Below the pieces are notes generated by a model. It ran no database searches. It saw nothing but the letters and a program-made list of their open reading frames with translations, and was not told where the DNA came from. A stretch of DNA of 64,000 nt from a virus: positions 96,001 through 160,000 of the IMG/VR virus record IMGVR_UViG_3300012000_000001. One strand, written 5' to 3'. Below, one piece after another: positions 37,947-47,250 of the stretch. Made by a program: the position numbers and the translations under genes. Position 1 is the first letter of the stretch. Each line of letters opens with the position of its first letter.

Positions 37947-38265
37947 TCGATGGAAATATGTTTGTATTGACATCTATATTTTTTAGCACTCCGTTGATAG
38001 TTTTTATTTCATAGTTAACAAAACATAAATAATAAATAGTTAATATGTCATCTATTTTAACATCAGTTAATTTGGGCGTAACCCCATCAGATTCTTTCAA
38101 ATACCTACTCAGTAATACTGGTATAGTCTCGTCTATGTTTTGATTCACAGATATTTCAATAGACGGAAAATTGATATCATAGTCTATTGTTGAAAGTATC
38201 TGATATGTATTAAGTGATGGTATAAATATTGGTACAATGAGACTAAGCTGTGCATTTATCATAAG
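37909..38265 (-). CDS. hypothetical protein
   Basis: ORF; start likely MINAQL. Confidence 0.6.
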   Translation of the reverse strand, partial: LMINAQLSLIVPIFIPSLNTYQILSTIDYDINFPSIEISVNQNIDETIPVLLSRYLKESDGVTPKLTDVKIDDILTIYYLCFVNYEIKTINGVLKNIDVNTNIFPSNAKKIISLLVKS

Positions 38266-38842
38266 ATCTAATAATATCCAGTGCTCGTTTAATGTTTTGT
38301 CGAATAGCTTCTCTAGACACTCCAAACTTTTTACCAATATAAGACAACGTATGATTTTCTAGATAATACATTTTAATTTGTATTTTTTGTTTTTCGGACA
38401 AGATACTATTATTCAGCAATTGATCTATGTTTGTACTCAAGCACTCTGATTCTTCCTTAGCAATCAGCACATCTACTGGGTCTGCTGCCTTATTATCGGG
38501 TATAGAGGAATAAAAAGAAGAGTCAGCACCATCTTCGCTGAAGTTTAAGCTAATATTTGTATCAATATGCTTTTTATATTTATTAGTTACATAGGTTTTA
38601 ATAGCCCATATAGCACATTGATTACGATAAGAATATAGAGTTTTCTTTTGTCCGCTTTTACCAGACCTATTAGGATCAAAGCGCCAATCTGCATACATGA
38701 TAGCGGTAGCAACATCTGATACCGCATCTGTATTTTTTAACATTTCTGCCGACAGACCATTATAAAATCTTGGTCCAAATTTCGCAATCGTTTTTTTAGC
38801 TAAATTTATATACGAGTCCAAACTGTCATATGTTCTTTGCAT
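38243..38842 (-). CDS. sigma70-family RNA polymerase sigma factor (regions 2 and 4)
   Basis: ADWRFDPNR...LYSYRNQCAIWAI (region 2); LSEKQK...TLSYIGKKFGVSREAIRQNIKRAL (region 4.2 HTH). Confidence 0.85.
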   Translation of the reverse strand: MQRTYDSLDSYINLAKKTIAKFGPRFYNGLSAEMLKNTDAVSDVATAIMYADWRFDPNRSGKSGQKKTLYSYRNQCAIWAIKTYVTNKYKKHIDTNISLNFSEDGADSSFYSSIPDNKAADPVDVLIAKEESECLSTNIDQLLNNSILSEKQKIQIKMYYLENHTLSYIGKKFGVSREAIRQNIKRALDIIRSYDKCTA

Positions 38843-38876
38843 TATGTGTCCTTTTTAGAATCCTAAAACTTGAAAA

Positions 38877-39482
38877 TTACTTAGTTAACTTTTTCCACTG
38901 ATCAGAATCTGGACGGTCCTTATCTCCAGGTTTTGCTGGTCGATATTTCTTGCCCATGCGTTCTTTCTTTTTACGAATATTTTCCCATAATCCAGGTCGC
39001 TCCGCAGACTTAGTATCGGCAGCGTCTGAGACAAACATGACAAAATCGTGAATAGTACGCATGTAATCCTCAGTAATGGCGATTTTACCCTGTAACCAGC
39101 TCTCTGTCAAGTTCTCTGATACCGATGGGTTTTCCAATGCTGCTAAAATCTCTTGAGCATGAGTCATGATGGCTCTGATAGAGCCGACGCTCATCTCATA
39201 AAAGTCTTTCTTATACTCCATCATTTCTTGCTCAATGGTTTCGACTTCCATGTCTTCTACTTCGAGAAAATCTCCGTCTTCTGCTTTAGTTTTTCGGAGT
39301 TCTTTGAGCTTTCTCTTAATCATTTCTAGTTCTAATTCATCTTCTAAATCTTCTTTGCGCTGTTCAGTAGAAGAATCCTCTGTTTCCATATCGTGTTCAT
39401 ATTCTCCACAGTTACCTCCACAGCCCATGCTTGCTTTAATGCTTTCATTAAGTGAATTTAAAAGATCATGAAATCTGCTCAT
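38877..39482 (-). CDS. modular phage hypothetical protein
   Basis: Acidic N-terminus, central ESWLQGKI...DY helix, basic GLWENIRKK tail. Confidence 0.7.
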   Translation of the reverse strand: MSRFHDLLNSLNESIKASMGCGGNCGEYEHDMETEDSSTEQRKEDLEDELELEMIKRKLKELRKTKAEDGDFLEVEDMEVETIEQEMMEYKKDFYEMSVGSIRAIMTHAQEILAALENPSVSENLTESWLQGKIAITEDYMRTIHDFVMFVSDAADTKSAERPGLWENIRKKKERMGKKYRPAKPGDKDRPDSDQWKKLTK

Positions 39483-39505
39483 TGGTAAAACTCCTTATTC
39501 TTTAT

Positions 39506-40069
39506 TTATACTAAAATGCTTAAAAAGTTTTGTAGACTCATTTGTTCTGCTTGTTTCAGATATGCTTGCATCTCTATGATGCCTTTCTCAGACCCCTGTA
39601 GCAAAGGTATCGTTATATTAGCCGTAAGTTCATCTCCAGCATTTCTAGCAGACGTTATGAGTGCTCTTTCGTTTACAGCAGCTTTAACCACCGAAGCTAA
39701 TATTGCATTTAATATACCTAACATATCATGTCTGGGCCACACTACTTGAGGAGCATTGTAGACCACTGTAGTGTCAAAAAACTCTAGCCTATTTAAAACT
39801 ATTCTGGCATGGTCATGCTCTTCTTCTGCATCTTTCTTGATAATATCTGCTATTTTTTTATAGCCCCACCTATCAAGATGCTCACCTATTGCAGTAAGCA
39901 TTTGTGTTTGTTCCCAGTGAATAACAAGAGCTTCTTTCAGTAATTCAATAACTGAATCTTGAGCCATATTCTTAAAGGTTTCATCTGCTACATATTCAGC
40001 AGCTTTTGTTTTTTCATGATTCATGTTCTGTTGTTCCTTAATTAATTCTTCTAAACTTTTTAAAGACAT
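39506..40069 (-). CDS. bacterioferritin-fold protein with degenerate ferroxidase centre
   Basis: Gap-free alignment to E. coli Bfr (recalled sequence): RWGYKK~NWGLKR, EEEHDHA~DEMKHA, RLEFFD~RILFLE, MSLQNFL~MGLQNYL. Confidence 0.8.
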   Translation of the reverse strand: MSLKSLEELIKEQQNMNHEKTKAAEYVADETFKNMAQDSVIELLKEALVIHWEQTQMLTAIGEHLDRWGYKKIADIIKKDAEEEHDHARIVLNRLEFFDTTVVYNAPQVVWPRHDMLGILNAILASVVKAAVNERALITSARNAGDELTANITIPLLQGSEKGIIEMQAYLKQAEQMSLQNFLSILV

Positions 40070-40085
40070 CGTATAATTACTCCTA

Positions 40086-40622
40086 TCACCATGCTCTGCA
40101 AGACCAATATCTTGCTTTCCACTTTGGTCCCGGATTATCGCAGTTGTGTCTGGCTCTAAAACTTTTTCGTCGTTCTGGGATATTCTTCTTAATTTTCATG
40201 TTTGGATCACCAAAATTAACTTTTACAACATTACCCTTTTCGTTTTTAACATATACGCTAAATTTTTTAGGCCCACCCGGAGTTCTAAAGGGTTTATTTA
40301 AAGTTACTTTACGACCTTGATATTCGGATGATATTGCATATAGATCGAATTCCTCTGTCAGCTCGGCAATATCTACATAATCATTATCATTTGGTATTAC
40401 TAAATTTGATTTTGTTAATTCTTCGCCGTCTTCATCTTGGGTCGCATCAGAGTAATTTAAAATTTCACAGACCTGCTCTATAAGGGATGACTTTGTTTGA
40501 CCAAGACAGATAGCCACTCTTTGTCCTGAGTCTGGATATTCTTTTTGCATTGTTTCATTACTCATGCAACGAGCAACAAAATCTTTAGATTTTTCATCTG
40601 AATTTGGCTTAGGAATTGGCAT
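40086..40622 (-). CDS. two-domain phage hypothetical protein
   Basis: MPIPKP...FVARCM...QRVAIC, then EYQGRKVTLNKP...RRKSFRARHNC...ARYWSC. Confidence 0.75.
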   Translation of the reverse strand: MPIPKPNSDEKSKDFVARCMSNETMQKEYPDSGQRVAICLGQTKSSLIEQVCEILNYSDATQDEDGEELTKSNLVIPNDNDYVDIAELTEEFDLYAISSEYQGRKVTLNKPFRTPGGPKKFSVYVKNEKGNVVKVNFGDPNMKIKKNIPERRKSFRARHNCDNPGPKWKARYWSCRAW

Positions 40623-40624
40623 AA

Positions 40625-41692
40625 TTAATTACCGTTAATATGATTTAAAATGGTTTGTGCTGTATTAGTCCAGGAAAGTTGTCTAGCTGTATTTACACCA
40701 GCATTATTATTAACTATGTTATTATTGACCATATATCGCATGTGGTCTATAAACTGGTCTTTTTCTGAAGCTCCAATTTTAGCCCAATTACCTTGGCCAA
40801 CAAAAGCCTTACCATCATTAGCCTTTTCAGTATTTAGGATATCTACTAAATATGAGTTGTCCGTATTACAAAATTCAGTATGGGCAGAGTAATTAGTCGC
40901 GATAACCGGCTTGTTCATAGCCATACACTCTAATAGCTCCATATTCCAACCCTCTGCTCTAGAAGGAAAAATTCCACAATTAGCTTGAGAAATTAATTTT
41001 GCAATATCTGCGTGATTATTAAAACCTGAAAATATTTTTATATTATCGTGTTTATACATATTTTTCCATTGCTGTATTTCTGTCGGTGAAGAATAGGAAT
41101 TTGTTGTTTCTGAAGCTAAAATCCATAATTCTACATTATTATTATTTGGAAAAGCATTCGTAAATAATTCTAATAAAATATCATGACCTTTACGAACTTC
41201 CCATTTTCCTATGTTGATAAACACATATTTATCTGATGATGGTGAAACATTGTTATATTTGACCGGATCGAATAAAGACAAGTCCACCCCTAGCGGAGCC
41301 ACAAATGTAGGAGTATTAACGTGATTGGATATTATATTTGCTGCCCATTTACTGGTAGCGAAAATTCCATTGGGGACTCTAAGACTATTGATTTCTATAT
41401 CATTAAAAGTGTCTAATTCAAAAAAAGGAAAAGCAAAATATTTTCCACGACCAACGTGTTCTAATAAATCAAATTGGTGCCAAATTTTAAGAAAGGGCGC
41501 ATTGATATCACATAAATATCTTTGCTTTAATATTTGTATTACATAGTCATGATCTGATTGAGACTCGACTGAAGGTTGTCCTATAGGAAAATAAGATATT
41601 GTATTTCCCGATGCGTTTAAAGCCTTAATTATATTAAATGAAGCAATACCGTAGCCGGTACTGTTTATGGGCGCTGCTAAGTTAATATTCAT
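40625..41692 (-). CDS. GT4 family glycosyltransferase
   Basis: TGYGIAS, FINIGKWEVRKG, FPSRAEGWNMELLECMAMNKPVIAT. Confidence 0.88.
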   Translation of the reverse strand: MNINLAAPINSTGYGIASFNIIKALNASGNTISYFPIGQPSVESQSDHDYVIQILKQRYLCDINAPFLKIWHQFDLLEHVGRGKYFAFPFFELDTFNDIEINSLRVPNGIFATSKWAANIISNHVNTPTFVAPLGVDLSLFDPVKYNNVSPSSDKYVFINIGKWEVRKGHDILLELFTNAFPNNNNVELWILASETTNSYSSPTEIQQWKNMYKHDNIKIFSGFNNHADIAKLISQANCGIFPSRAEGWNMELLECMAMNKPVIATNYSAHTEFCNTDNSYLVDILNTEKANDGKAFVGQGNWAKIGASEKDQFIDHMRYMVNNNIVNNNAGVNTARQLSWTNTAQTILNHINGN

Positions 41693-42792
41693 TAAACACC
41701 TAAAATTGGATTGTTGTTATTATGTATTTTATTGACTTTACAGAATTGGCTGCATTTAGCCATGTATTTGATATGAGAGGCTCCTACATAGCAACAACAT
41801 GAGCGGATTCCTCCCAATAACTCTTGCGTAACTTCACCGATTGTTCCTTTGTAATTAACTGTTATTTTTGTTCCTTCGGATGCTCTGTAGTCTTTTGTTC
41901 CATCTTCAAATGTGTCTTGTGAATGATGCGTGCTCATCCCATAATACGTAAATCTGCCCTTGGTTTTTTTATCAGTTCCAACTATTGTTGAATAATCTCC
42001 GCCTAATTCCCACTCTCCTTCGCACGGCTCGCTACCAGCAAAATATCCTCCGAGCATCACAAAGTCACTACCAGCACATAAAGCCTTACATACATCTCCA
42101 ACAGTTCTATGTCCTCCATCAGAACATATTAATCCAAGCTTTTTAGCTCCGTTTTGAAGACCGTGGGCTACATAGGCATTTTCTAAACAACAGGACAATT
42201 GAGGCACTCCGCAGCCTGTCAAGAACCTTGTAGTACAAGCTGACCCTCCTCCTATTCCGGTTTTTACAATATCAACACCACCATATATCAATAATTCCTG
42301 AGTAGATGAGGTATTCGTAACATTACCAGCTATGATAATAGACTCAGAGAATTGATCCCTAACTTTTTTGCAATATTTTACAAACACATCCATGTGTCCA
42401 TTAGGAACATCTATGCAAATATTAGGTTGTTTTCCAAGTTTGTCCTTGAGTTCTAGCAGGTGATTGAGGTCGCTTTTCTTGTATCCAATAGAGACAAAAG
42501 TATAGTCAAGATTATTAGGATGGTCGGTAAAATACTGCAACAAACTATCAACCGAATGATACTTGTGTAAACAGGCTATCATTTTTAGTTTTGCCAGTTC
42601 TTGAGCTAATCCAAATGAGCAGAAACTCATATTCGCACACATAATGGGTATTCCCGTCCATTGTCTGGGAGAATGATAAAAATTAAATGTGCGTTCCAAA
42701 TGAATTTCTGAACGACTAGTCAGTGTTGATCTTTGAGGTACTATTAAAACATCATCAAAATCAAGCTTAAGTTCATCAATAATTTTTTGCAT
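41692..42792 (-). CDS. guaC: GMP reductase
   Basis: LDFDDVLIVP, IDVPNGH, KTGIGGGSACTTR, SDGG, FVMLGG, YGMS, YRASEG. Confidence 0.9.
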   Translation of the reverse strand: MQKIIDELKLDFDDVLIVPQRSTLTSRSEIHLERTFNFYHSPRQWTGIPIMCANMSFCSFGLAQELAKLKMIACLHKYHSVDSLLQYFTDHPNNLDYTFVSIGYKKSDLNHLLELKDKLGKQPNICIDVPNGHMDVFVKYCKKVRDQFSESIIIAGNVTNTSSTQELLIYGGVDIVKTGIGGGSACTTRFLTGCGVPQLSCCLENAYVAHGLQNGAKKLGLICSDGGHRTVGDVCKALCAGSDFVMLGGYFAGSEPCEGEWELGGDYSTIVGTDKKTKGRFTYYGMSTHHSQDTFEDGTKDYRASEGTKITVNYKGTIGEVTQELLGGIRSCCCYVGASHIKYMAKCSQFCKVNKIHNNNNPILGV

Positions 42793-42794
42793 AG

Positions 42795-42998
42795 TTATAT
42801 TTTCTTTAAAAACTCGTCTGTATTATAACACTTCCATGTTTGATGGCTATCAAATCCACATTCGCTAACACAAATTTTGGGTCCGGTGATCATACCCCGG
42901 CCTTTAAAATGATAAAGAGCGGATAAGATTGCAGATATTGGGTCATTACAATCTATAATATATTTTATCTGACCAGATTTAACATAGTATTTGGGCAT
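42795..42998 (-). CDS. small hypothetical protein
   Basis: Operon fit. Confidence 0.65.
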   Translation of the reverse strand: MPKYYVKSGQIKYIIDCNDPISAILSALYHFKGRGMITGPKICVSECGFDSHQTWKCYNTDEFLKKI

Positions 42999-42999
42999 A

Positions 43000-43530
43000 T
43001 TAAACCGAAAAAAAATACCATCGTTTGTATGTGTCTATATTTTCGGAAGTATTAATATGAGACAGATAGTCCTTTATATCACCCCATGAAGAAAAAATGG
43101 TTTGATGAGGAATGGTGCCGAACAACCAGTCTGGGGCATTGATTTTGCCTTGCTCCATATGAATGATTATTGGTTTTTTTTGTCGATTAGCCCAAAAAAT
43201 TTCTTCATATGTGCCGCAAGGATGAATATCTAGATTTAGATTAACTATTAAAAAATCACTAATGTCTACGAGTCTTAAATCCACCCTACGAATAACTTTC
43301 ATCATTTCTGATAATTCGTCATATCGTTCTTTTTGCTTTAGTTTAGTTTTAACAACATGAGAATCTCTATCTTCCATCCCTGTGTTAGTGGGTTTTGTTA
43401 TAGGATTGAAAACTACAACACCCATTTCTTCCAAAAACGGCGTAATATTATCTCTCCAAGTCGCACCCCTGTCAGCAACCCTATCCATCGCACCGGCCAA
43501 ATAAACTCTTTGATTTTGGAGTCTGTTCAT
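43000..43530 (-). CDS. nucleoside 2'-deoxyribosyltransferase-like protein
   Basis: VYLAG, VFNP, VDISDFLI, GTYEEIFWA, KKPII; start likely MNRLQN (in-frame hydrophobic extension to 43650 uncertain). Confidence 0.7.
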   Translation of the reverse strand: MNRLQNQRVYLAGAMDRVADRGATWRDNITPFLEEMGVVVFNPITKPTNTGMEDRDSHVVKTKLKQKERYDELSEMMKVIRRVDLRLVDISDFLIVNLNLDIHPCGTYEEIFWANRQKKPIIIHMEQGKINAPDWLFGTIPHQTIFSSWGDIKDYLSHINTSENIDTYKRWYFFSV

Positions 43531-43679
43531 AAGTTTAGTAAAATTAATTATCGGTAAATAAAAAAGTAAATAAATTTTTTGATGAATATAGCCTACTACA
43601 ACTAGACCTATCACTAAGCCTATATTGACCATCGACCATACCAAATACAATTGCCAAAGCCAAGAACATTAATATAATT

Positions 43680-44414
43680 TCAACCATTTTTAAAATATCC
43701 AATATATTTTTGTCTCATACTATTTACTTCATCAATCATTTGCTGTAGATGCTCTGGATTTGTTGACCTACCAGTAGGATTGTGATAGTAAAGGCCAACC
43801 GGGTGGTTGACCATCTTTATTCTAGCACCTCCGACCGCACAACGCAACCACATATCTCCATCGGAAGCCGTCTTATAGTTTTCATCGAACCAACCAAATC
43901 TATCATGCAAATTCTTTTTCCATAGAGGCATACAGTGAGGACTATTGTTTAGGAATAGATTATTAAATGAGTGTGGCAAACAAGGATAGATCGAATCATA
44001 TGTATTGTCTTCATATTTTTCATTAGCAATATTAGATATATAAGTGATTCCATATGCAATATCCAGTAAATCATCTCTTTCAAAAGCTTTAAGTAAAATT
44101 TCTGTACTGTGTATGTTTTTTCGATCATCTATATTCCAGTTGCCAATTATAGGAGCTGTACATAATTGAATAGCTTTATTCCAACCAGCATACAGTCCAG
44201 GATCTGAATCTAGTCTATAATATTTGATATTCTCATATCTTTTTACTAATGGTTCGATATATCTGTGTTCTGATTCTGGAGAATTACAATCTAAAAAAAT
44301 AAATTCAATATTTTCAAAAATAGACTGTCTGAGAACATCGTATAGGTAGCCGTCAATAAATTTTTCTCCTTTATAGAGAGAACAAAATAATGAACACTTA
44401 TAATTATCGGTCAT
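43680..44414 (-). CDS. GT2 family glycosyltransferase
   Basis: SLYKG, FLDCNS, GLYAGWN, WNIDD, FGWFDENY...DGDMWLR. Confidence 0.85.
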   Translation of the reverse strand: MTDNYKCSLFCSLYKGEKFIDGYLYDVLRQSIFENIEFIFLDCNSPESEHRYIEPLVKRYENIKYYRLDSDPGLYAGWNKAIQLCTAPIIGNWNIDDRKNIHSTEILLKAFERDDLLDIAYGITYISNIANEKYEDNTYDSIYPCLPHSFNNLFLNNSPHCMPLWKKNLHDRFGWFDENYKTASDGDMWLRCAVGGARIKMVNHPVGLYYHNPTGRSTNPEHLQQMIDEVNSMRQKYIGYFKNG

Positions 44415-45057
44415 GCTTTCTTCCTTGCCAGTGGGTGCCTATTAAACCACAATGTACAGCATATACATCTGGTAGATAAATTTTTTTGTTTGGTTTATTT
44501 TGCCAGTATTTTGATACAAACATCATATCATGCTGTGAAACATCAATATTCTCTGGCAAAGGATATATTTTGTTTTGTAATTCGGGCATTATGATATTCT
44601 TATGAAAGAATTGAAAATACCCAAAAAAACCAATATTTTCTACGGTATTATCCCCATTAGGATAGTCCGTATGGTTATTGTAAATTTTACGCGGACAAGA
44701 GACTATGTTGCTTTCGTTAATTAACTTATCATCTAACAAAGACTTTATACGATTAATAGGATCTGTAAAAATAATATCTGCATCTGTAAATAAAATCCAA
44801 TCATCATCTTGAAATCTTTCTGGATGGGTTAATAAAAATTCATTGGTTGCTGCGGCTCTATTAAGAGGGTTGTTATTTTTAAAAAATGTATCTGTTTGGT
44901 ATAAAAAGATATTATTGTTTAAACAAAATTTTTCTGTATCTTTATCTGAGGTTGATGATAAAATACTTAAATTATGAATAATATCTTTATTGTAGGAGTA
45001 GACAAATTCTAGGTAATCTACAAAATTAATACAAGTAATTATTGTATGATATTTCAT
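44404..45057 (-). CDS. GT-A glycosyltransferase-like protein
   Basis: TCINFVDYL, NRAAATN, WILFTDADII, GYFQFFH. Confidence 0.6.
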   Translation of the reverse strand: MKYHTIITCINFVDYLEFVYSYNKDIIHNLSILSSTSDKDTEKFCLNNNIFLYQTDTFFKNNNPLNRAAATNEFLLTHPERFQDDDWILFTDADIIFTDPINRIKSLLDDKLINESNIVSCPRKIYNNHTDYPNGDNTVENIGFFGYFQFFHKNIIMPELQNKIYPLPENIDVSQHDMMFVSKYWQNKPNKKIYLPDVYAVHCGLIGTHWQGRKHDR

Positions 45058-45632
45058 TATTTCACCTCATAGATCCAACAATATTCTTGAGTTTTAATAT
45101 TGTGAACACCTAGTATTTCGTTAACAGCAGTATTAACTCCAGGCCATCCGTGATTATAGTCATGTCCAGCCAATATTCCACCCTTCTTAACTTTAGGTAG
45201 CCATGCTAATATATCTTCATGAACACAGCTATATTCGTGACAAGCATCTATAAAAACTATATCAACAGATTCGTTCTCAAATAATTTTGATGCTTCTATT
45301 GAGTTAGATTTTATATTACGAATATATTGGCTTACGCTTGATGTATTATTAAGATAAGTAGAGTATAGCTCACTAATATTAGTGTTAAAATGCGGGGATG
45401 ATTTATCAATGTTTTCAGCTGATCCTTCCCAAGTATCTATGGCATAGAATTCTATGGTTTTATTAGAATTAGCTATCTCTACTGCCATATATGCTGTACT
45501 TTGTCCTTTATAACTGCCTATTTCTACTATTGATCCGCCATCATTTAGTCTATGAACAAAAGATGTGTATAGCATAGGAAACGTGAACCAGTTCTCTGGA
45601 AATTTATTGCGATCATAATAAAAATGATTTAT
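45057..45632 (-). CDS. class I SAM methyltransferase (Methyltransf_24-like), probable ATA start
   Basis: VEIGSYKG, AIDTW, SIEAS, VFIDACHEY, KKGGILAGHDY; frame stays open to an ATA at 45632 lying 8 nt after AAGGAG. Confidence 0.8.
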   Translation of the reverse strand: MNHFYYDRNKFPENWFTFPMLYTSFVHRLNDGGSIVEIGSYKGQSTAYMAVEIANSNKTIEFYAIDTWEGSAENIDKSSPHFNTNISELYSTYLNNTSSVSQYIRNIKSNSIEASKLFENESVDIVFIDACHEYSCVHEDILAWLPKVKKGGILAGHDYNHGWPGVNTAVNEILGVHNIKTQEYCWIYEVK

Positions 45633-46402
45633 ATTATGGTCTCCTTAAATACGTTTGCGTCTAATTGATTAGAGTCAAAATTATGCCATAAAGAGTTATA
45701 CAGTTCTGGCGTGAAGTGTATATTTTTAATATCACTCCAATGCTCTATAGTATAAATAGGTAATTGGTGTTTCTCTTTGAGATATCTAATATTATATGTG
45801 TTTTCTGCAATCGGTATTGCTTTTAAATATAAGGATTCCCAAATTCTATGGGAGTCTATTCCGTTCCCGAGTGGACATACATTAAAATAAGTCTTAGCTA
45901 GTTTTGTTGTATATTCATGAAAAGATATATTGTTTTCAAAATATTGTGAATCTATATTTTGTAAACACAAACTTCGCTGTTTTAGATTTGTGTGTACATT
46001 AAAGTTAGCATATAATATAAACTCTTTATTATAATTAATATTGAAGGTGTTTTGTAATATATCTACATCACCGTGTGGCCATTCGATATTGGCTATACCT
46101 ATTGGTATGGGAACTAATTTAGAATGAGCATAGTCAACGTTTTGAGCATACCACGTTTTTAGATAAGAATACTCTAAATAGTGTTTATGATTATGGTTGA
46201 TACCATGATCACTATTGTGAGTAATTAAATTAAATTCATAATTAGGTAATTGATTACTATTAAAAAATAAATGAATATAGTCTGTTTTAACAAAAAATGT
46301 TGGACAATTATTACTTTTTACAGATTGGTTTTCTCGAAAGCCATGTTCATCTAAGACATAGTCACAGATCGATTTGAAAAAATGCCCAGTAATAAAATTC
46401 AT
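45629..46402 (-). CDS. exostosin/GT47-like glycosyltransferase
   Basis: PIPIGI, LYANF, NVCPLGNGIDSHRIWESLYLKAIPI. Confidence 0.65.
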   Translation of the reverse strand: MNFITGHFFKSICDYVLDEHGFRENQSVKSNNCPTFFVKTDYIHLFFNSNQLPNYEFNLITHNSDHGINHNHKHYLEYSYLKTWYAQNVDYAHSKLVPIPIGIANIEWPHGDVDILQNTFNINYNKEFILYANFNVHTNLKQRSLCLQNIDSQYFENNISFHEYTTKLAKTYFNVCPLGNGIDSHRIWESLYLKAIPIAENTYNIRYLKEKHQLPIYTIEHWSDIKNIHFTPELYNSLWHNFDSNQLDANVFKETII

Positions 46403-47250
46403 AGAATCTCTGCAAAATTTTTGGAATGTATGTGGGCATTGTAAATGGGTACAAATTGATTGTTATAATGAATAAATAATTTTTTATTAATTAAATGAAT
46501 ATTAAATTGTGAAAAATTCACTACACAAGTTTCATTAATAAAGCCTTTTGTATTATTGGGCTGAGTAGAGTCTAGAATATCTATTCCATATAAATATTGG
46601 CCTATGGCAGCACCGTCGAATACCCCAGCAAAGTCCTGATGCATATTTCCAAAATTGATATTTAATTGAGGATCAACCAAATCGAATGTAATAATAGGTA
46701 GATTAGTAACAACATCTCTATGTTTCTGAAAATATAATGCCAAATTTCTCATATCGTCTAGATTGTTATTTGTATAAACAAAATTTGCTATTCTATTCGA
46801 AGCAATAGTGTTTCTATACCATATGATAGAGGGCACGCATCTAAACGAATGATCCAATACTATTGCCGTATCATATTGAGATTTTTCTAATATATCGGTA
46901 GAATTTTGCAGGTTAGAGAGGGTGGCGATGTCGTTTTCTATATGCCAAAAAGAATACAGTTTTTCTTTTCTAGCATAGTTATCTATTAAAATAAATCTGG
47001 AAGAGGTTCTGGGAAAAAATCCATCTCTAAAAGATGTATCATAATTATTAATACTATATGTTGCATATCGTTCGTCTGTTATAGAATCTAAATCTATTAA
47101 AATTACGTCGGGACTGAGTATTAGATGATGAAACTTTGTTTCTAAGATCAGATGAACACGAAAGCCTTCTCTGTGGGCTAGGGCTATACAGTCGTTTATA
47201 TGGAAAGGAAACTGTGATCCACTATGAACCAAAATTAAATCTGTAGCCAT
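46399..47250 (-). CDS. GT-A-like hypothetical glycosylation protein
   Basis: SRFILI, HIENDI, FDGAAIGQYLYG, HIHSK. Confidence 0.5.
   Translation of the reverse strand: MATDLILVHSGSQFPFHINDCIALAHREGFRVHLILETKFHHLILSPDVILIDLDSITDERYATYSINNYDTSFRDGFFPRTSSRFILIDNYARKEKLYSFWHIENDIATLSNLQNSTDILEKSQYDTAIVLDHSFRCVPSIIWYRNTIASNRIANFVYTNNNLDDMRNLALYFQKHRDVVTNLPIITFDLVDPQLNINFGNMHQDFAGVFDGAAIGQYLYGIDILDSTQPNNTKGFINETCVVNFSQFNIHLINKKLFIHYNNQFVPIYNAHIHSKNFAEIL

Noticed and set aside
37909-38265. NUDIX-like assignment
   Set aside because: No GX5EX7REUXEE box; the resemblance is too weak
43531-43650. Hydrophobic N-terminal extension making the deoxyribosyltransferase membrane-anchored
   Set aside because: TTG start without a clear RBS in AT-rich DNA; the family normally starts just before VYLAG
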